Source of the DNA: an uncultured Planctomycetota bacterium | Lineage (GTDB): Bacteria > Planctomycetota > Planctomycetia > Isosphaerales > Isosphaeraceae | Length of the DNA: 64,000 bases | Direction: 5' to 3' | NCBI GenBank assembly: GCA_963845755.1 | Contig: CAWJTV010000040.1 | Coordinates: forward strand, 64,001-128,000 | Shown: positions 42,815-55,101 of the stretch, piece after piece | How the letters are laid out: every line of letters starts with the position of its first letter | How positions within the stretch are numbered: position 1 is the stretch's first letter | The notes under the pieces: generated by a model | Told to the model about the DNA's origin: nothing | What the model saw: the letters and a program-made list of their open reading frames with translations, nothing else | The model's database searches: none | Position numbers and translations under genes: made by a program

Positions 42815-44000
42815 TTAAGCAAAGGCACCGCCGCCAGCGCCGTCAGCGCCGCCCATCTGGCAGGCGGCGTGGCCAATTACGGCCAGGTGGACGTGATCTT
42901 CGGCCAGAACGCCGCAAATAACTGTGTCGCCGGCACCGGATCGATCAACGGCACACAAACCGGGTTCTATGCCGAGAGCCGCACCAGCAGCAGCCCCAAG
43001 GGCCTGCTCATCAACGGCCCAGCGCCACGGGGTATTTCGGCCAGCCAATAGGCATCGGCGATGTTGACGGCAGCGGCGTCAAGGATATCCTCATCGGCGA
43101 TGGCGGTTACACGACAGGCGGGCTCTATGGCCGGCTTTACGCCGTGTTCGGCCAGTCCTCCTCCGGCGCATGGTCCGGCGTCAACACGATCACCGCCGGC
43201 GGCCTGCTTACGACGAACACGAACACCCCCATAGTCAGCGGCAATATCGCGGCGCCCGCCGGTTTCATCGTCAACGAATCCGCTAACGAAGGTTTTTTGG
43301 GCTATGTCATGCCCACCGGCGATGTCATGGGGCATGGCAACGGCATCGCCGACATATTGGTGGGCAGCAACGACGGCACCAATCGCGGCGACGGCCATGT
43401 ATGGGTCATCAAGGGCATGAGCAACACGGCCTGGCAGAACTACAACGACGGCACCGACCCGGTAACCGGCCCGTTCACCCTGTCGCACATGATTTCAAAC
43501 GGCGAGGCCTTTAAAATCACCGAAAGCTGCCAGTTTGGAAGCGGGGTTGCCATCGGCGACATCAACGGCGACGGCGTCGGCGACCTGATCATCGGCGATA
43601 TTGACTGGGGCGGCGGCTGCACGAGTTCCGGCGCTTATGGATCGGCCTTCGTTATTTTCGGCGGGCCGAGCCTGGGAACCATGAACCTTCACACCACGGC
43701 GCTGACCGGCAGCAACGGCTTCCGCATCGACTGCCCTTCCTCCGCCGAATCCAACGACTATGGCTGCGGGTTCATCCAGGGCGTGGGCGACATCAACGAC
43801 GACGGCGTCACCGACCTCGTCATTGGAGATTATGAAGGCAACGTCACCCCCGGCAACGACGAGGGCTATGCCTACGGGCTCTACGGCAGCAAAACGGCCG
43901 GTTACTTCGGCAGCGTTTTCCAGCTATCGACCACCTATTGAGGGCGGCGGACAGGCAAGGCTGTAAGCGGTCCCGTTGAAGTTCAGTGCTGTTCCACGGC

Positions 44001-44028
44001 ACATAACATAAGCTCGATTATCAGACAT
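44001..44028 (-). other. dif-like (Xer-type) recombination site
   Basis: ATGTCTGATAA-TCGAGC-TTATGTTATGT. Confidence 0.65.
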
Positions 44029-44567
44029 CGCATTATTTTAGTATCGTGTAGTCACTTTTTACTTATGAGCTGCCTCATCTCCTCTTCGCCGCGGCCGGCG
44101 CCGGCGCGAGGACCCGCTCCGCCCGTTGCCGGGTCGTTTCGTCGAACAACGGATCGACGCCGGGTTCCAGAATCACCGGCAATTCGAAATCACTTCAGAA
44201 GTTGCACACTATTATACACCGCGGAGCAGATCGTCGAGGTGTCACGAACGGACGAGGCCGGGCTCATAGACATCGCGATCGGATGGGCCACGCGATCGGC
44301 CTCCGTCGATACACGCACGAGTTCATAGGCCCGATCCCGCACATCCGGGAGTCTTAGTAGTACACGCAAGGAACTATCCCGTATCCCGCAACCTTTGTTT
44401 CTTAGCGCCTGGCGTGGCACGCGCTGGCGATGCGGTTTCGCCGCTGGCGCCATTCGGAGATCCGGATCGCCTGCCGCTCCGGATGCCTGGACGGTCCTGG
44501 GGCGAAGATGACTTGCAGCAGTCTCCGGGCATCAGGCAGCGTCAGGCCGTTCTCGGTTTTTTTCTAG

Positions 44568-47500
44568 GCTGGCAAAGTTAGCTGGAGGCAGCGGTGCTCC
44601 AACTCCTTGAGGTAGGCATCGGGATTGTGGCGGAACCGGCGTTGCTTCCGCCGCGATTCCCGCCGCGCCTCCAACTCCGCGCGCACTTTCTTCCAGCCCT
44701 CAAGATAGCCCGGGCTCAGCACCAAGCCTTCGTCCGGCCGCCGCCGCGTCGCCAGCCCCGAGATCACCCGCGCCGAGCCCATCACCACCAAGCCCGGCGA
44801 CCCCCGACGCCGACCGCTGGCCCGTGCTCGTGGTAGCGATGACTGCCGAAGGTGTGTTCCAGGTCGTTATTCGTCCGCGGCAGGTCCGCCGAGTCGTAGC
44901 AGGCAAACAAGCCCGGCCAGTAGCTCCGAGTCACCTTCACGAACTGCTTCAAACCCGCTCGCACCGCGGGCTCGGTCGTCGTGGCCGCCGCCCGGCGCAT
45001 CCGTACCAGCAGTTGCACCATCCGTCGTCGCACTTTCTTCGCCGGCAGCCCCTCCTCGTTCTTGAGGATCCGGGCGGGGCGCTTGACCCACTGGTAAGAC
45101 TCCCGCACCGCCGGGAACAACGCGGCCGTCTCCTCCAGCCCGCGCCGCAGCACCTGCTGCAGCCGTTTCAAGCCCCCGGGCCAGGCCCCCGCCGTGGCGA
45201 CCAAATGGTCCAGGCTGGCGGCAATCCGGCTCAATCGATCCTGCCGCTTTAGCCCCAATACCGTTTAAGGAAGCATAACCACTGTCTCTGCAAAGGTTTT
45301 CTTCAAGGGCGGAATGTGTCGATGTTTGGATCGTTTCTTTTTCCACTTGGACATTTTACGCTTGATCACTCGCGGATTGATCCGGTTCCTCCGCATTTCG
45401 TCATCGGTGCGCTCCCCCTGCATCTCCCACAATAATCCCTGGTACCACTCCTCGAACGCCTCGGGGGTCGAGCTGTTGCATTCTGGCAACCGGCACTTGA
45501 GGATCTGGAAGCACCCCAGAAACGACAGCCGATCCGGGTCCAGCCCCACGGTCCCGGCGGCCGCAACCATCAAGGCTCGGATCACGAAATGACCCAGCGA
45601 CAGGCGCATAGATCTCCTGGATCACCCCCGCCGGGGTCTCGCTTCGCATCTGTGCCGGCTTGGTCGCCCGCCGCGGATCATGATGGGTCTTTTGCTCATC
45701 ATAGACCAACTCCTGTTCCCATCTCTCGTGATAAAGAATAATCAATTCTTCAGCAGGATAAAGCTCCGCGTCAAGGAGATTCGTGATCAGCACATGAGTT
45801 TCACCGTGTCCGACTCGTTGCGGGTCGTCCAGTGTATAGCGGATCACCCGGACGACGATCCCATCCCGATCGATCTGACGGTCGTAGCAACCCCGATAAA
45901 TCTTGGCCAGGTACGAGCCATCCGCCAGGTTTTGGATCGACTTGAGGATCAAGCCGCTTTTCACGCGTGCCAACAGCCGGACGCCCCGCAACATCGCCGT
46001 TTTCCAGTGGTCATAGCTGAAAAACCCGCGATCCTCCAACAGGAGCATCTCCGGAGTCAGATGGCGGAGCAAGCCGCCGACCATCGACGGTTCGCCGTGG
46101 GCGATCGACCGGACCACGAAGGCCAGTTCGATGTGGGTCCCCAATTCGACCAGGCTCAGCTTGCGGACTTGGGGGAACGCGCCGTCGCCGCGCGGCCCGG
46201 CCGAGGGGTGCGCGAAGGCCACGGCGTTGGCCTCCGAGTCGGGGACATCGTAGACGGTCCCATCGATGCCGACCAGGCGGAACCCGCGGTAGAAGGCTCC
46301 GGGCGTATCGGGCCGGGCCAGAGGATGAACGACGTGCTCGAACAGGTGGCGGACCGGCGCGATGCCCAGGCGTTGCCGGGCCACACACAGGCTGGATCGA
46401 TGGGGACTCTCCTCGCCGACTCGGAGCCGGCGTGCATGCTTGAAGACTTGGCGGATCGGCAAGTCGGTCAACAGCCCCATGGCCAGGACCACCCAGCAAA
46501 CAATCTCGTGGGTCAGTGTGCAACGTCGTTGATTGGTTTTACCGGTGGCCGCGAGGACTTGGCGAACGGCCTCGGGCGAGATAATCTGTTCCAGTCCCGC
46601 CAAGCGATCCAAGATCCGGCCCGACGCATCGGGCGGCAGCGTGCAATGTCCGTGCGGCATGCGAGTCATGGCCTCCGTGTTGCTTGGGTCGTGAGTAAAC
46701 CCAAAGTAACAGGAGGCTGTGGCTTGCGCCTATTTCAACGGTATTGGCTTTAGCCCGGAGGCCACCAGCGGCGGCAGGGCGTCGTCGGTCAAGGCCCCGC
46801 GCACCGCGGCGCAGTAATCCCGCACCACCTTCGCCTCCGCGTCCTCCGCGTCGTCCTCCAGCGTCTTCTCCGCCGCACGCTCGATCTTCCGGATCCCCCG
46901 CACCCGCTTCTTCAACTCTTTCTTGGCGTGGCGATCCGCCTCGTAAATCGGCTTGGCCGCCTCGCGGAGGTAGTGGAAATGGCAGAGTTGATGGGGGACA
47001 CCTTTGAGGGCCATACCCACGGCGTTGCGGATGCTCTCCTGACCGTCGGAGACCACGCCGGTAATCGGCACTGGCAAGGCCTTGCGCACCTGGTTGATCA
47101 GGCCGGCCAGGTCCTTGGCGGTGGACGACAACAGGCTCTTGGCCAGGAGGATCTCGCCGGAGAGGCAGTCGCGCAGCACCCAGAGGACCTCGTGGCCGAC
47201 ATCCGGCTGCAGGCCGTCGATGGCCAGGATGACGCGGCCCTGCGGGCGCAACAGCGGACCCAGTCGCTGGGGATCGGCCGTGGCCAGGGACCGCAGCTCG
47301 TCGTAGCGGTCCAACAGGTTGGTGACGGTGCGCTCGGCCAGGATGAGCCCGCGGTGCGTGAGCTCGCGGTGGATCTCGGGGATGCTGCGGTGCTCGGCAT
47401 AGCGGAGCCGGCCCACCAGGGCCATGACGTCGAGGCCGAACTCGTGATAGGGCAAGGCGAAATGGGGCTCAGCCTCGGGGCGGTAGGGACGGAGGAAGCG

Positions 47501-47767
47501 GGAGCAGGCGGGATTGGGGCAGCGTCGGATCGTCAGGGTCAGCCGGAAGACGCCGTCGAGGGTGCTGATGGTGCGAAAGTTGTTGTAGTCGGCACCGGTC
47601 CGGTGCCGGCACTCGGGGCAGTTCAAAAGGACCGGGGTGAGGGTCAGGTCGCGATCCGGTTGTGGTCGTGGTCGTCGTCGTTTGCGATTACGCATGGAAA
47701 GCCTCCTCTGCTCTATTCTTACGTCCATTATACCGAGCCGAGGGGCTGACCAGCTACTTTTGCCACC
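44568..47767 (-). mobile_element. ISNCY/MULE-like element (middle layer); transposase 47695-46747 + 45245-44564
   Basis: IRs GCTGGCAAAGTTAGCTGG / GGTGGCAAAAGTAGCTGG. CTAG duplicated. Motifs LAIDG, VVSDG, HQLCHFH, TNNDLE. Confidence 0.85.
45256..46746 (-). mobile_element. IS4 family element (inner layer); transposase 46669-45265 with frameshift ~45600
   Basis: IRs CAATACCGTT. 10-bp TSD GCTTTAGCCC. Motifs GIDGT, EDRGF, YHERWEQE..Y..K. Confidence 0.95.
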
Positions 47768-48991
47768 CTAGTTTTTTTCTCCCATCGGCCGCGTCTGCAG
47801 GACCAAGAACCACATCGCCAACATGACCAAGGTCATGTGGTGGTGAAAGCCGCGCCAGCCCCGGACCTCATAGTCGTCCAGCCCCAGTTCCTGTTTGCCA
47901 CGCAAAAAACTGTCCTCGATGGGCCAGCGGGTATGCCCGGCTTGCGCCAACTCCAACAGCGGGCAACTCGGGCTGGCGTTGCTCAGGTAGTACTTGATGT
48001 ACGGGGCTTGATCGCAACCGCGCTCGATCACCAACCACAGCTCCGGCCCCGGCAGATCGTTCCGTTCGACCACCCAACGGACCGCGGCGAAGTGCGCCAC
48101 TTGAATCCCTTTGGTCCCTTCCCGAAAACTCAGCCGCTTCCAGACGCCAGACGGCAACGCCGCCGCGATCTCCTCGGCCGTTTGCGGCTTGGGTTGATCC
48201 GGTGCGACGCGCGGTTTGGTCCGGCGTCGGCCGCCCTGCCGCCCCCCGGGCGGCTCTTCCACCTCGGGGCGGCGCAACCAGCCGCGGCATGTCTTGGGGA
48301 CTTCGCCGATATAACGTTCGCCCAGTTCCTCCAGACCACTGAGGAATTCGGGATCCTTGCCGTAGCCTTCGTCGAAGGTCACCCAGCCATGGCGGATCTT
48401 CGGTCCTACGTTGCGAATCAACTCGAAGGCCAACTCCGGCTTGGTGCGAAAGACGACGTCTTCGGGCACGCCGGCTTCTTTGCGGCGGGGAGCATCCGTG
48501 GCCCATTCCTCTTCCGGAAGATACAACCGTTCGTCCAGCAGGGTATGACCCGCCGCACTGGCGTAGGCCAGGAAAACTGCCACCTGGCAGTTATCGATTT
48601 TGCCGGTAGCTCCGCAGTACTGCCGGGCCACTCCCACGCTCTTGTCGCCGCACTTGGGGATCGCCGACTCATCCACGATCAGCGTGCCGCCGCCGCTGCC
48701 GAGTTCCTGGTCCACCCAGCGAACCAGTTCCTCACGGAGCGGTTCGTCCGCCCAGGCCGACTGTCCCAGGAACACCTGGGTCATCCGCACTTGCGACGGA
48801 TCGCGATGCACGTTCAGGGCGATGGCTTCCGCCGTTTTGGTGCTTTCGGCATCCAAGAGCAAACCGCGGAGATACGCCTTGGCCCGCTCTTTGCGACTCG
48901 CCGTTCGCTCGTCTTCCACCAGCAACGGCGTGAACCGCTCCGTGAATTCCTCGAACAGAGGCAACGCCTGCCGCAGGTCTTTCGGGGTCAT
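47768..48991 (-). pseudogene. IS701 transposase (C-terminus continues below 44563)
   Basis: IVDES..PK.G..SVGVARQYCG..GK..NCQ, FDEGYG, RWPIEDSF...KQELGLDDYEVR. GLTLPDARRLL lies beyond the nested element. Confidence 0.92.
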
Positions 48992-49408
48992 CGACAGCCT
49001 CCATGCCGGCCAGTCACCAATTCCATCGGGCTCCGAGGACCGCCCAGCCTATCCAAGACACCCCTGCGGGAAAAGGTCAAGTTTCTTGCGCTGTACTATT
49101 AGAGCCAGTCCGCGAACGAATCCGTAGGCATTCCCAGGAGCATCCCAGGGGCCGACGGCGATCAGACACGTTCAGGTTACCCCGGGCGTTTGAGGGCTGC
49201 CATCGCCGAACAGTGGTTCCGCCTCGCGGCGAGAGGTATACTCCGGCTGACCGCGGAGTCCGACCGACGGAAGTCGTCCGTCGGTCGATCGGTCTCCTGG
49301 GGTCCATCCCGCCGCATCCTGGCTGCGACCTGAGCGCCCCACGGACGTCCGGTGTTCTTATTCCGTCTGATCCGAGGGCCAGTGAGACAACGCGTGGAGG
49401 AAACCGCA

Positions 49409-49966
49409 ATGAGTAGCCGCACGATCCTCGCCCTGCTCGCCGCCTTCGGCCTCGGCGTCCTCGCGGGGCGGGGCACAGGCCCATCGGCCAGAGCCCAGGA
49501 CAAGGCCGTAGCCGATCCCTACGCCGAGATGCTGCACGTCGGCGTCGTGGTCAAGGACCTGGACCAGGCCGTCGCCCGCTGGAAGGCCATGGGATTCAGC
49601 GACATCCGCGTCTCGCCGCCGAACAAGGGCGTGGACCGCACCTACCACGGCAAGCCGATCGACGTGGCCCTCAAGCAGGCGTTCGTCCACGGGACTCGCC
49701 CGATGATCGAGCTGATGGAGCCACTCGGGGACGGTCCGAGCCCCTGGGGCGACTACCTCAAGGAGCACGGCGAGGCGCTGCACCACGTCGCCTTCCGCAT
49801 CCCGGACACCGGGCCGGAGTTGGAGAAGTACCGAGGGCTGGGCCTGGAGGCCATCGCATCGGGCAAGTGGCCGGAGGGCCAGACGCGCTGGGGGACGTTC
49901 CACTACGTGCAGGACCCGAAGGGGGGCGTCATCGTCGAGTTCATCTCGCGAATCCCCCGGAAGTGA
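49409..49966 (+). CDS. exported VOC family protein (methylmalonyl-CoA epimerase-like)
   Basis: HVGVVVKDL, IELMEP, LHHVAF, IVEF. Signal peptide present. Confidence 0.85.
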   Translation: MSSRTILALLAAFGLGVLAGRGTGPSARAQDKAVADPYAEMLHVGVVVKDLDQAVARWKAMGFSDIRVSPPNKGVDRTYHGKPIDVALKQAFVHGTRPMIELMEPLGDGPSPWGDYLKEHGEALHHVAFRIPDTGPELEKYRGLGLEAIASGKWPEGQTRWGTFHYVQDPKGGVIVEFISRIPRK

Positions 49967-50183
49967 GCGACCGGACCCCGGATGACTGGACGGGTCCTCG
50001 CTCCTGGCTTGTGTTCCCCATGCCGGCCGACGCGCATCGCGGGGAGCATTTTGGGACGAGCCTGTCCCGCTGAGGTCTTGAAAGCCGCCCGTCCGGTATG
50101 CGACGGCAGATAACCATGACCCGCTGGTCCGCTTCGAGCGATGAGACGGCCCAGGATCCGATCGGAAAGGCGGCCCGCCGAGC

Positions 50184-51517
50184 ATGACCAGAACACCGCC
50201 TCCTGCACCTGTCACTTCTCTCGGCGACTTAGCGGCGAGTCCATCATCGACGCGTTCGCGCGGCTGGGTGTGGTGGATCTGCGGCTGCTGATGCTCGCGA
50301 CCGTCGTGAACTACATGGATCGTCAGGCGCTGTCCGTCACCGCCCGGCGGATCAAGTCCGAGATGAGGCTGACGAACGAGGATTACGGCTGGCTCGAGAC
50401 CGGCTTCGGGATCGCCTTCGCCCTGGGGCAAACTCTGCTGGGCATCCTTGCGGATCGGGTCAATGTGCGATGGTACTACCCCCTTCTGTTGGCCTTGTGG
50501 TCCCTGATGGGATTCGCCACAGGGCTGATGTACACGTTCACCGGCCTGTTGACCTGTCGGGTGTTACTTGGGCTATTCGAAGGCGGGAATTGGCCTTGTG
50601 GACTCAAGACGATTCAACACTTATTGCCCCCGGCAGAGCGAGCACTGGGGAGCGGCATCCTGCAGAGCGGTGGCGCCATCGGCGCGATGCTCATGCCGCT
50701 GGTCGTGGGCCTGCTCCTGAGCGACGAGCTGGGAAGTTGGCGGCTGCCGTTTCAGGTGATCGGCGCCACCGGATTGTGCTGGGTGGTCCTATGGCTCGCT
50801 TCGGTGCGCAATGCAGACCTTCACGTACCGGCTGACGACGGGAATCCCACAAAGGAGGTTTCTCACGGGCTCCAGGAAGACGAGAGGTCCTTCTGGCGGA
50901 TTCTCTTCTCCGCGCGTTTTGCAGTCGTCCTGTGTGTCAGCGTCAGCGTCAATCTGTGCTGGCACATGCTGCGCGTCTGGTTGCCGCTGTTCTTGCAGGA
51001 AGGACGCGGCTATCGCGAGACGACGATGCTGGGCTTCAATGCCGCTTTCTTCGTCGCCGCCGACATCGGGTGCCTGGCGACGGGCGCCATCGCGCTCGGC
51101 CTACAGCGCCGCGGGCTCTCGTTGCCGCGAGCCCGGTCGCTCGTTTATCTGGCCTGCTGCCTGCTCACCGCGTGTGCCACGCTCGCGGCCTTCCTGCCGG
51201 CCGGTCTCGGGCTGATGGCGGTGCTCCTCCTGGTGGGTTTCGGCAGCCTGGGATTGTTCCCGTTCTTCTATGCCCTGAGCCAGGAGCTCAGCGTGCGGCA
51301 CCAGGGCAAGATCATCGGCGTCCTGGGAACCTCGGCCTGGGCTGCGCTGTCGGTGTTCCATCCCTTGTTCGGGCGTTATATCGATGCGACCGGTTCCTTC
51401 GATGTCGGGCTCGCGATCATCGGCTGGCTGCCCCTCGCGTCGTGGGTCGTCCTGTGGCGCTTCTGGCCCGGCTCGCGAGACTCGTCTCAACATCCCGTCG
51501 GAGAGGCCACCTCATGA
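50184..51517 (+). CDS. MFS transporter (ExuT/ACS-like)
   Basis: NYMDRQ, G.LADR, R.LLGLFEG. Frameshift near the N-terminus. Confidence 0.9.
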
Positions 51518-52285
51518 TTCAAGTCCGGACTCAGGGTCCTCGTGACCGGCGGCGCCTCGGGCATCGGCTGGGCGATTGCCCTCGTGCTGCAAGAACAGGG
51601 CGCCCGGGTGCATCTCTGCGACGCCTCGTCGGAGCTGCTGGCCCAGGCCCTCCGGCAACAGCCGGAGATGAGCGGCAGCGTGGCTGACGTTTCCGACGCG
51701 CAGCACGTGGACCGCGTCTTTGATGACGTGCGGCAGTCACTCGGCGGCCTCGATGTGCTCGTGAACAACGCCGGGATCGCCGGTCCCACGGCCGCGGTCG
51801 AGGAGATCTTTCCGGACGACTGGTCGCGCACGATCGCCGTGAACATCACGGGCCAATTCCTGTGCGCCCGCCGCGCGGTCCCCTTCCTCAAAGCGGCCGG
51901 CGGCGGCTCGATCATCAACATGTCCTCCGCCGCCGGCCGACTGGGCTATCCGCTGCGGACGCCGTATGCGGCCTCGAAATGGGCCGTCATCGGCTTCACC
52001 AAGAGCCTGGCCATGGAGCTGGGACCGCACGACATCCGAGTGAATGCCCTGCTGCCGGGCATCGTGGATGGCGAGCGGATGCGCCGCGTGATCGCCGCGC
52101 GCGCCGACGCTCAGGGCATTCCCTACGACGAGATGGAGCGCCGGTACCTCAGGCAGGTCTCGCTTCGCCGCATGGTCACGCCCGCCGACGTGGCGGCGAT
52201 GGTCCTGTTCCTCTGCTCGCCGGCCGGTCGCAACATCAGCGGACAGTCGCTGGGTGTCTGCGGCAACGTCGAGTCCTTGCGATAA
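51514..52285 (+). CDS. SDR family oxidoreductase
   Basis: TGGASGIG, NNAG, YAASK, VNALLPG. Confidence 0.92.
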
Positions 52286-52335
52286 CTGGGATCTGTCAAA
52301 CGATCCCTGACCGCGCCCCCATCTGGGAGTCATCA

Positions 52336-54016
52336 ATGCCGCATCTGACCGGTGCCCAGTTCCTCGCCGATAGCCTCCATGCTCAGGGCGTCACGCACGT
52401 CTTCTTCGTGCCGGCGATCCTCAGTCACACGCTGGCGGAACTGGACAGGCGGACGCCGATCCAGCGGATCCTGACCCATGGGGAGAAATCCGCGGTGTAC
52501 ATGGCCGATGGCTACGCCCGGGCCTCCGGGCGCGTCGGCGTGAGCTTCGCCCAGTGCATCGGCGCGGCGAACCTGGCGGCGGGATTGCGCGATCCCTATC
52601 TCGCCTGCTCGCCGCTGGTGGTCCTGACCGGCGGTCCGTATGCGGAATCACGCAGTCGCCACGTCTATCAGGAGATCGAGGACTATCCGCTCTTCAAACC
52701 CCTGACCAAGTACAGCGCCCGCGTCGACACGGTGACGCGGCTGCCCGACACGCTGCGTCAGGCATTCCGCGCCGCCACGACGGGCACGCCGGGGCCGGCG
52801 CATCTGGAACTCGCCGGCCACATGGGCGAGCTGGAACGGGAGGCGGCCGATCTGGAGGTCATCGCCGAGCCGCAATTCGGCCGGGTCCCGCCGCTACGAA
52901 TCGCACCCGATCCGCAGGCGGTGCGAGAGGCGGCACAACGGCTCGGCGCGGCGGAACGGCCCATCATCGTCGCCGGAGGCGGCGCGGACCTCGGACGCGG
53001 GCGCGGAGCTGCGCGAACTGGCCGAGCGGCTGGCGATCCCCGTCGCCACCTCGCTCAATGCCAAGGATCTCCTCCCCGGCGACCATCCGCTCAACGTGGG
53101 AGTCGTCGGCACCTACGCGCGACAAAGCGCCAATCGCGCCGTGCTGGCCGCGGACCTGGTGTTCTTCGTCGGCAGTCATACCGGAAGCCAGGTCACCGCC
53201 AAATGGCGGGTGCCGCGGCCGGGCACGACGGTCATTCAGTTGGATATCAATCCGGCGGAACTCGGGCGGCATTATCCCAATCGCGTCTCGCTCTGGGGCG
53301 ATGCCAGGCTCGGACTCCATGATCTGATCGAGTCGAGCGACGCGGGCACGGCCGGTCATCGCCGCGGGTGGGTCGAGCAGGTCCAGACCCTGGCGCACGA
53401 GTGGCGGGCCGAGGTGGCGCCGCAGATGGAGTCGGACGCCGTCCCGATTCGCCCCGAGCGAATCTGCCGTGAACTGAGCCGATACCTACCCGACGATGCG
53501 CTGGTGGTGTCCGAGACCGGACATGCCGGAATGTGGACCGGGGCGATGCTCGACCTGAGTCGCCCCGGCCAGAGCTACATCCGGGCGGCGGGTTCGCTGG
53601 GCTGGGGCCTGCCGGCGGCGCTGGGAGCGAAGCTGGCCGTACCCCAGCGGCCCGTGCTGCTGTTCTCCGGCGATGGCGGCTTCTGGTATCACCTCAGCGA
53701 GCTGGAGACCGCCGTGCGCTGGAACATCAACGCCGTGCTCCTGGTCAACAACAACCGCTCGCTCAACATGGAGATCGATATCTACAAGGACGCTTACGGC
53801 GGGCAACTGGAGCGGAATCACGGAGATCTCTGGAAGTTCCGGGACGTCAGCTTCGCCGCCGTGGCCGAGACGATGGGAGCCAAGGGCATCCGCGTCCGGA
53901 AGCCTTGCGAGATCGCTGGTGCACTGGAGCAGGCATTCGCCGCCCAGGGGCCCTGTGTCGTTGATGTGGCAAGCGACATCGATGCGATCGCTCCCTGGGG
54001 TGACGTGGGTGCGTGA
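52336..54016 (+). CDS. thiamine pyrophosphate enzyme (acetolactate synthase-like), frameshift ~52985
   Basis: HGEKSAVYMADGYAR; GDGG...NN TPP motif. Confidence 0.9.
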
Positions 54017-54051
54017 TCGTGATCCCGTGAAGCTGGAGGGCGAACCCGACC

Positions 54052-55030
54052 ATGAAACCGATCCACGGCATCCGCCGAGTCGCCGTCCTCGGGCTGGGGA
54101 CGATGGGCCATGGCATCGCCCAGACGTTCGCCCTGGCCGGCTACGACGTCGCTTGTTTCGACGAGTCGGCGAGCGTCCGGGACTCCTTGGTCGAGCGTGT
54201 CCGCGAGAATCTGGCGGCCTTCGTGGCCGCGGAATTGGTCGGACCCGAGCAGGTCGAACCCACGCTGGCTCGCCTCAGCCTGACCGACACGGAAGACGAG
54301 GCGGTCGCCGACGCGCAATTCGTGACCGAAGCGATCCCCGAGGACCTGGCGGTCAAGCAGGCACTGCTGGCGCGGCTGGAACGGATCACGGCACCGGAGA
54401 CGATCCTGGCGAGCAACTCGTCGAGTTTTCCCATCTCGCAATCGGGCCAGTCTGCTCGAACATCCGGAACGGGCGCTGGTGACCCACTGGTTCAATCCGC
54501 CCCATCTGACGCCGGTCGTCGAGGTCGTTCCCAGTCCGCGCACGAGCGAAGCGGTCGTGCAGGCCACGATGCGGCTCCTCGCTCGCATCGGCAAGGTGCC
54601 GATCCACGTGCGGCGGGAATTGCCCGGCTTCCTCGTCAACCGGGTGCAGGTCGCGATCCAGCGCGAGGTATGGGATCTGGTCGAACAAGGGGTGGCCACG
54701 CCGGAAGAGATCGACGCCGCCATCCGCGGCACGGTCGGCTTTCGCTTCGCCGTCATGGGACCCCTGGAGATTCACGACTTCGCGGGGCTCGACATCCAGC
54801 TCGCGACCTATCGCAACCTCGTGGGCGAGATTCGCAGCGATACCATCAGCGCCGGCCGTCCTGGACGGGCTCGTGGCCGAGGGTCATCTGGGAATCAAGA
54901 GCGGCCAGGGTTTTTACGACTATCCCCACGAGCGACTCGTCGCCCGACGTACGCGTCGGGACTCGCTGTTGCTGAAGCTCTGGAAACTGCTCTATCGCTC
55001 CGGCCCCGAGGACGGGACGTCCTGACACTG
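54052..55030 (+). CDS. 3-hydroxyacyl-CoA dehydrogenase family (frameshifted)
   Basis: GLGTMGHGIA, EAIPEDL, ASNSS, HWFNPP, PGFLVNR. Confidence 0.88.
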
Positions 55031-55101
55031 ACTCGAAGAATCGTTGATGTGGATTGGTTAAGATCGGCATCGCTCCGGACCCTCCTACCTGAGGCAGCCC
55101 C

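Larger units (their letters stand above)
40163..43941 (+). pseudogene. pseudopilin-like N-terminus + FG-GAP (integrin-alpha-like) repeat surface protein, split by IS5 and frameshifted
   Basis: N-terminal TM, then KLEKVEQAM..F...NGRRPCPAD. Repeated GDINGDG..DL.I / VIFG units. Frame is restored over IS5 (YAL|SKGT). Confidence 0.8.
44358..49098 (-). mobile_element. IS701 family element (outer layer of nest)
   Basis: IRs TAGTACA(G)CGCAAG. TSD TTAG at 44354-44357 and 49099-49102. Confidence 0.88.
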
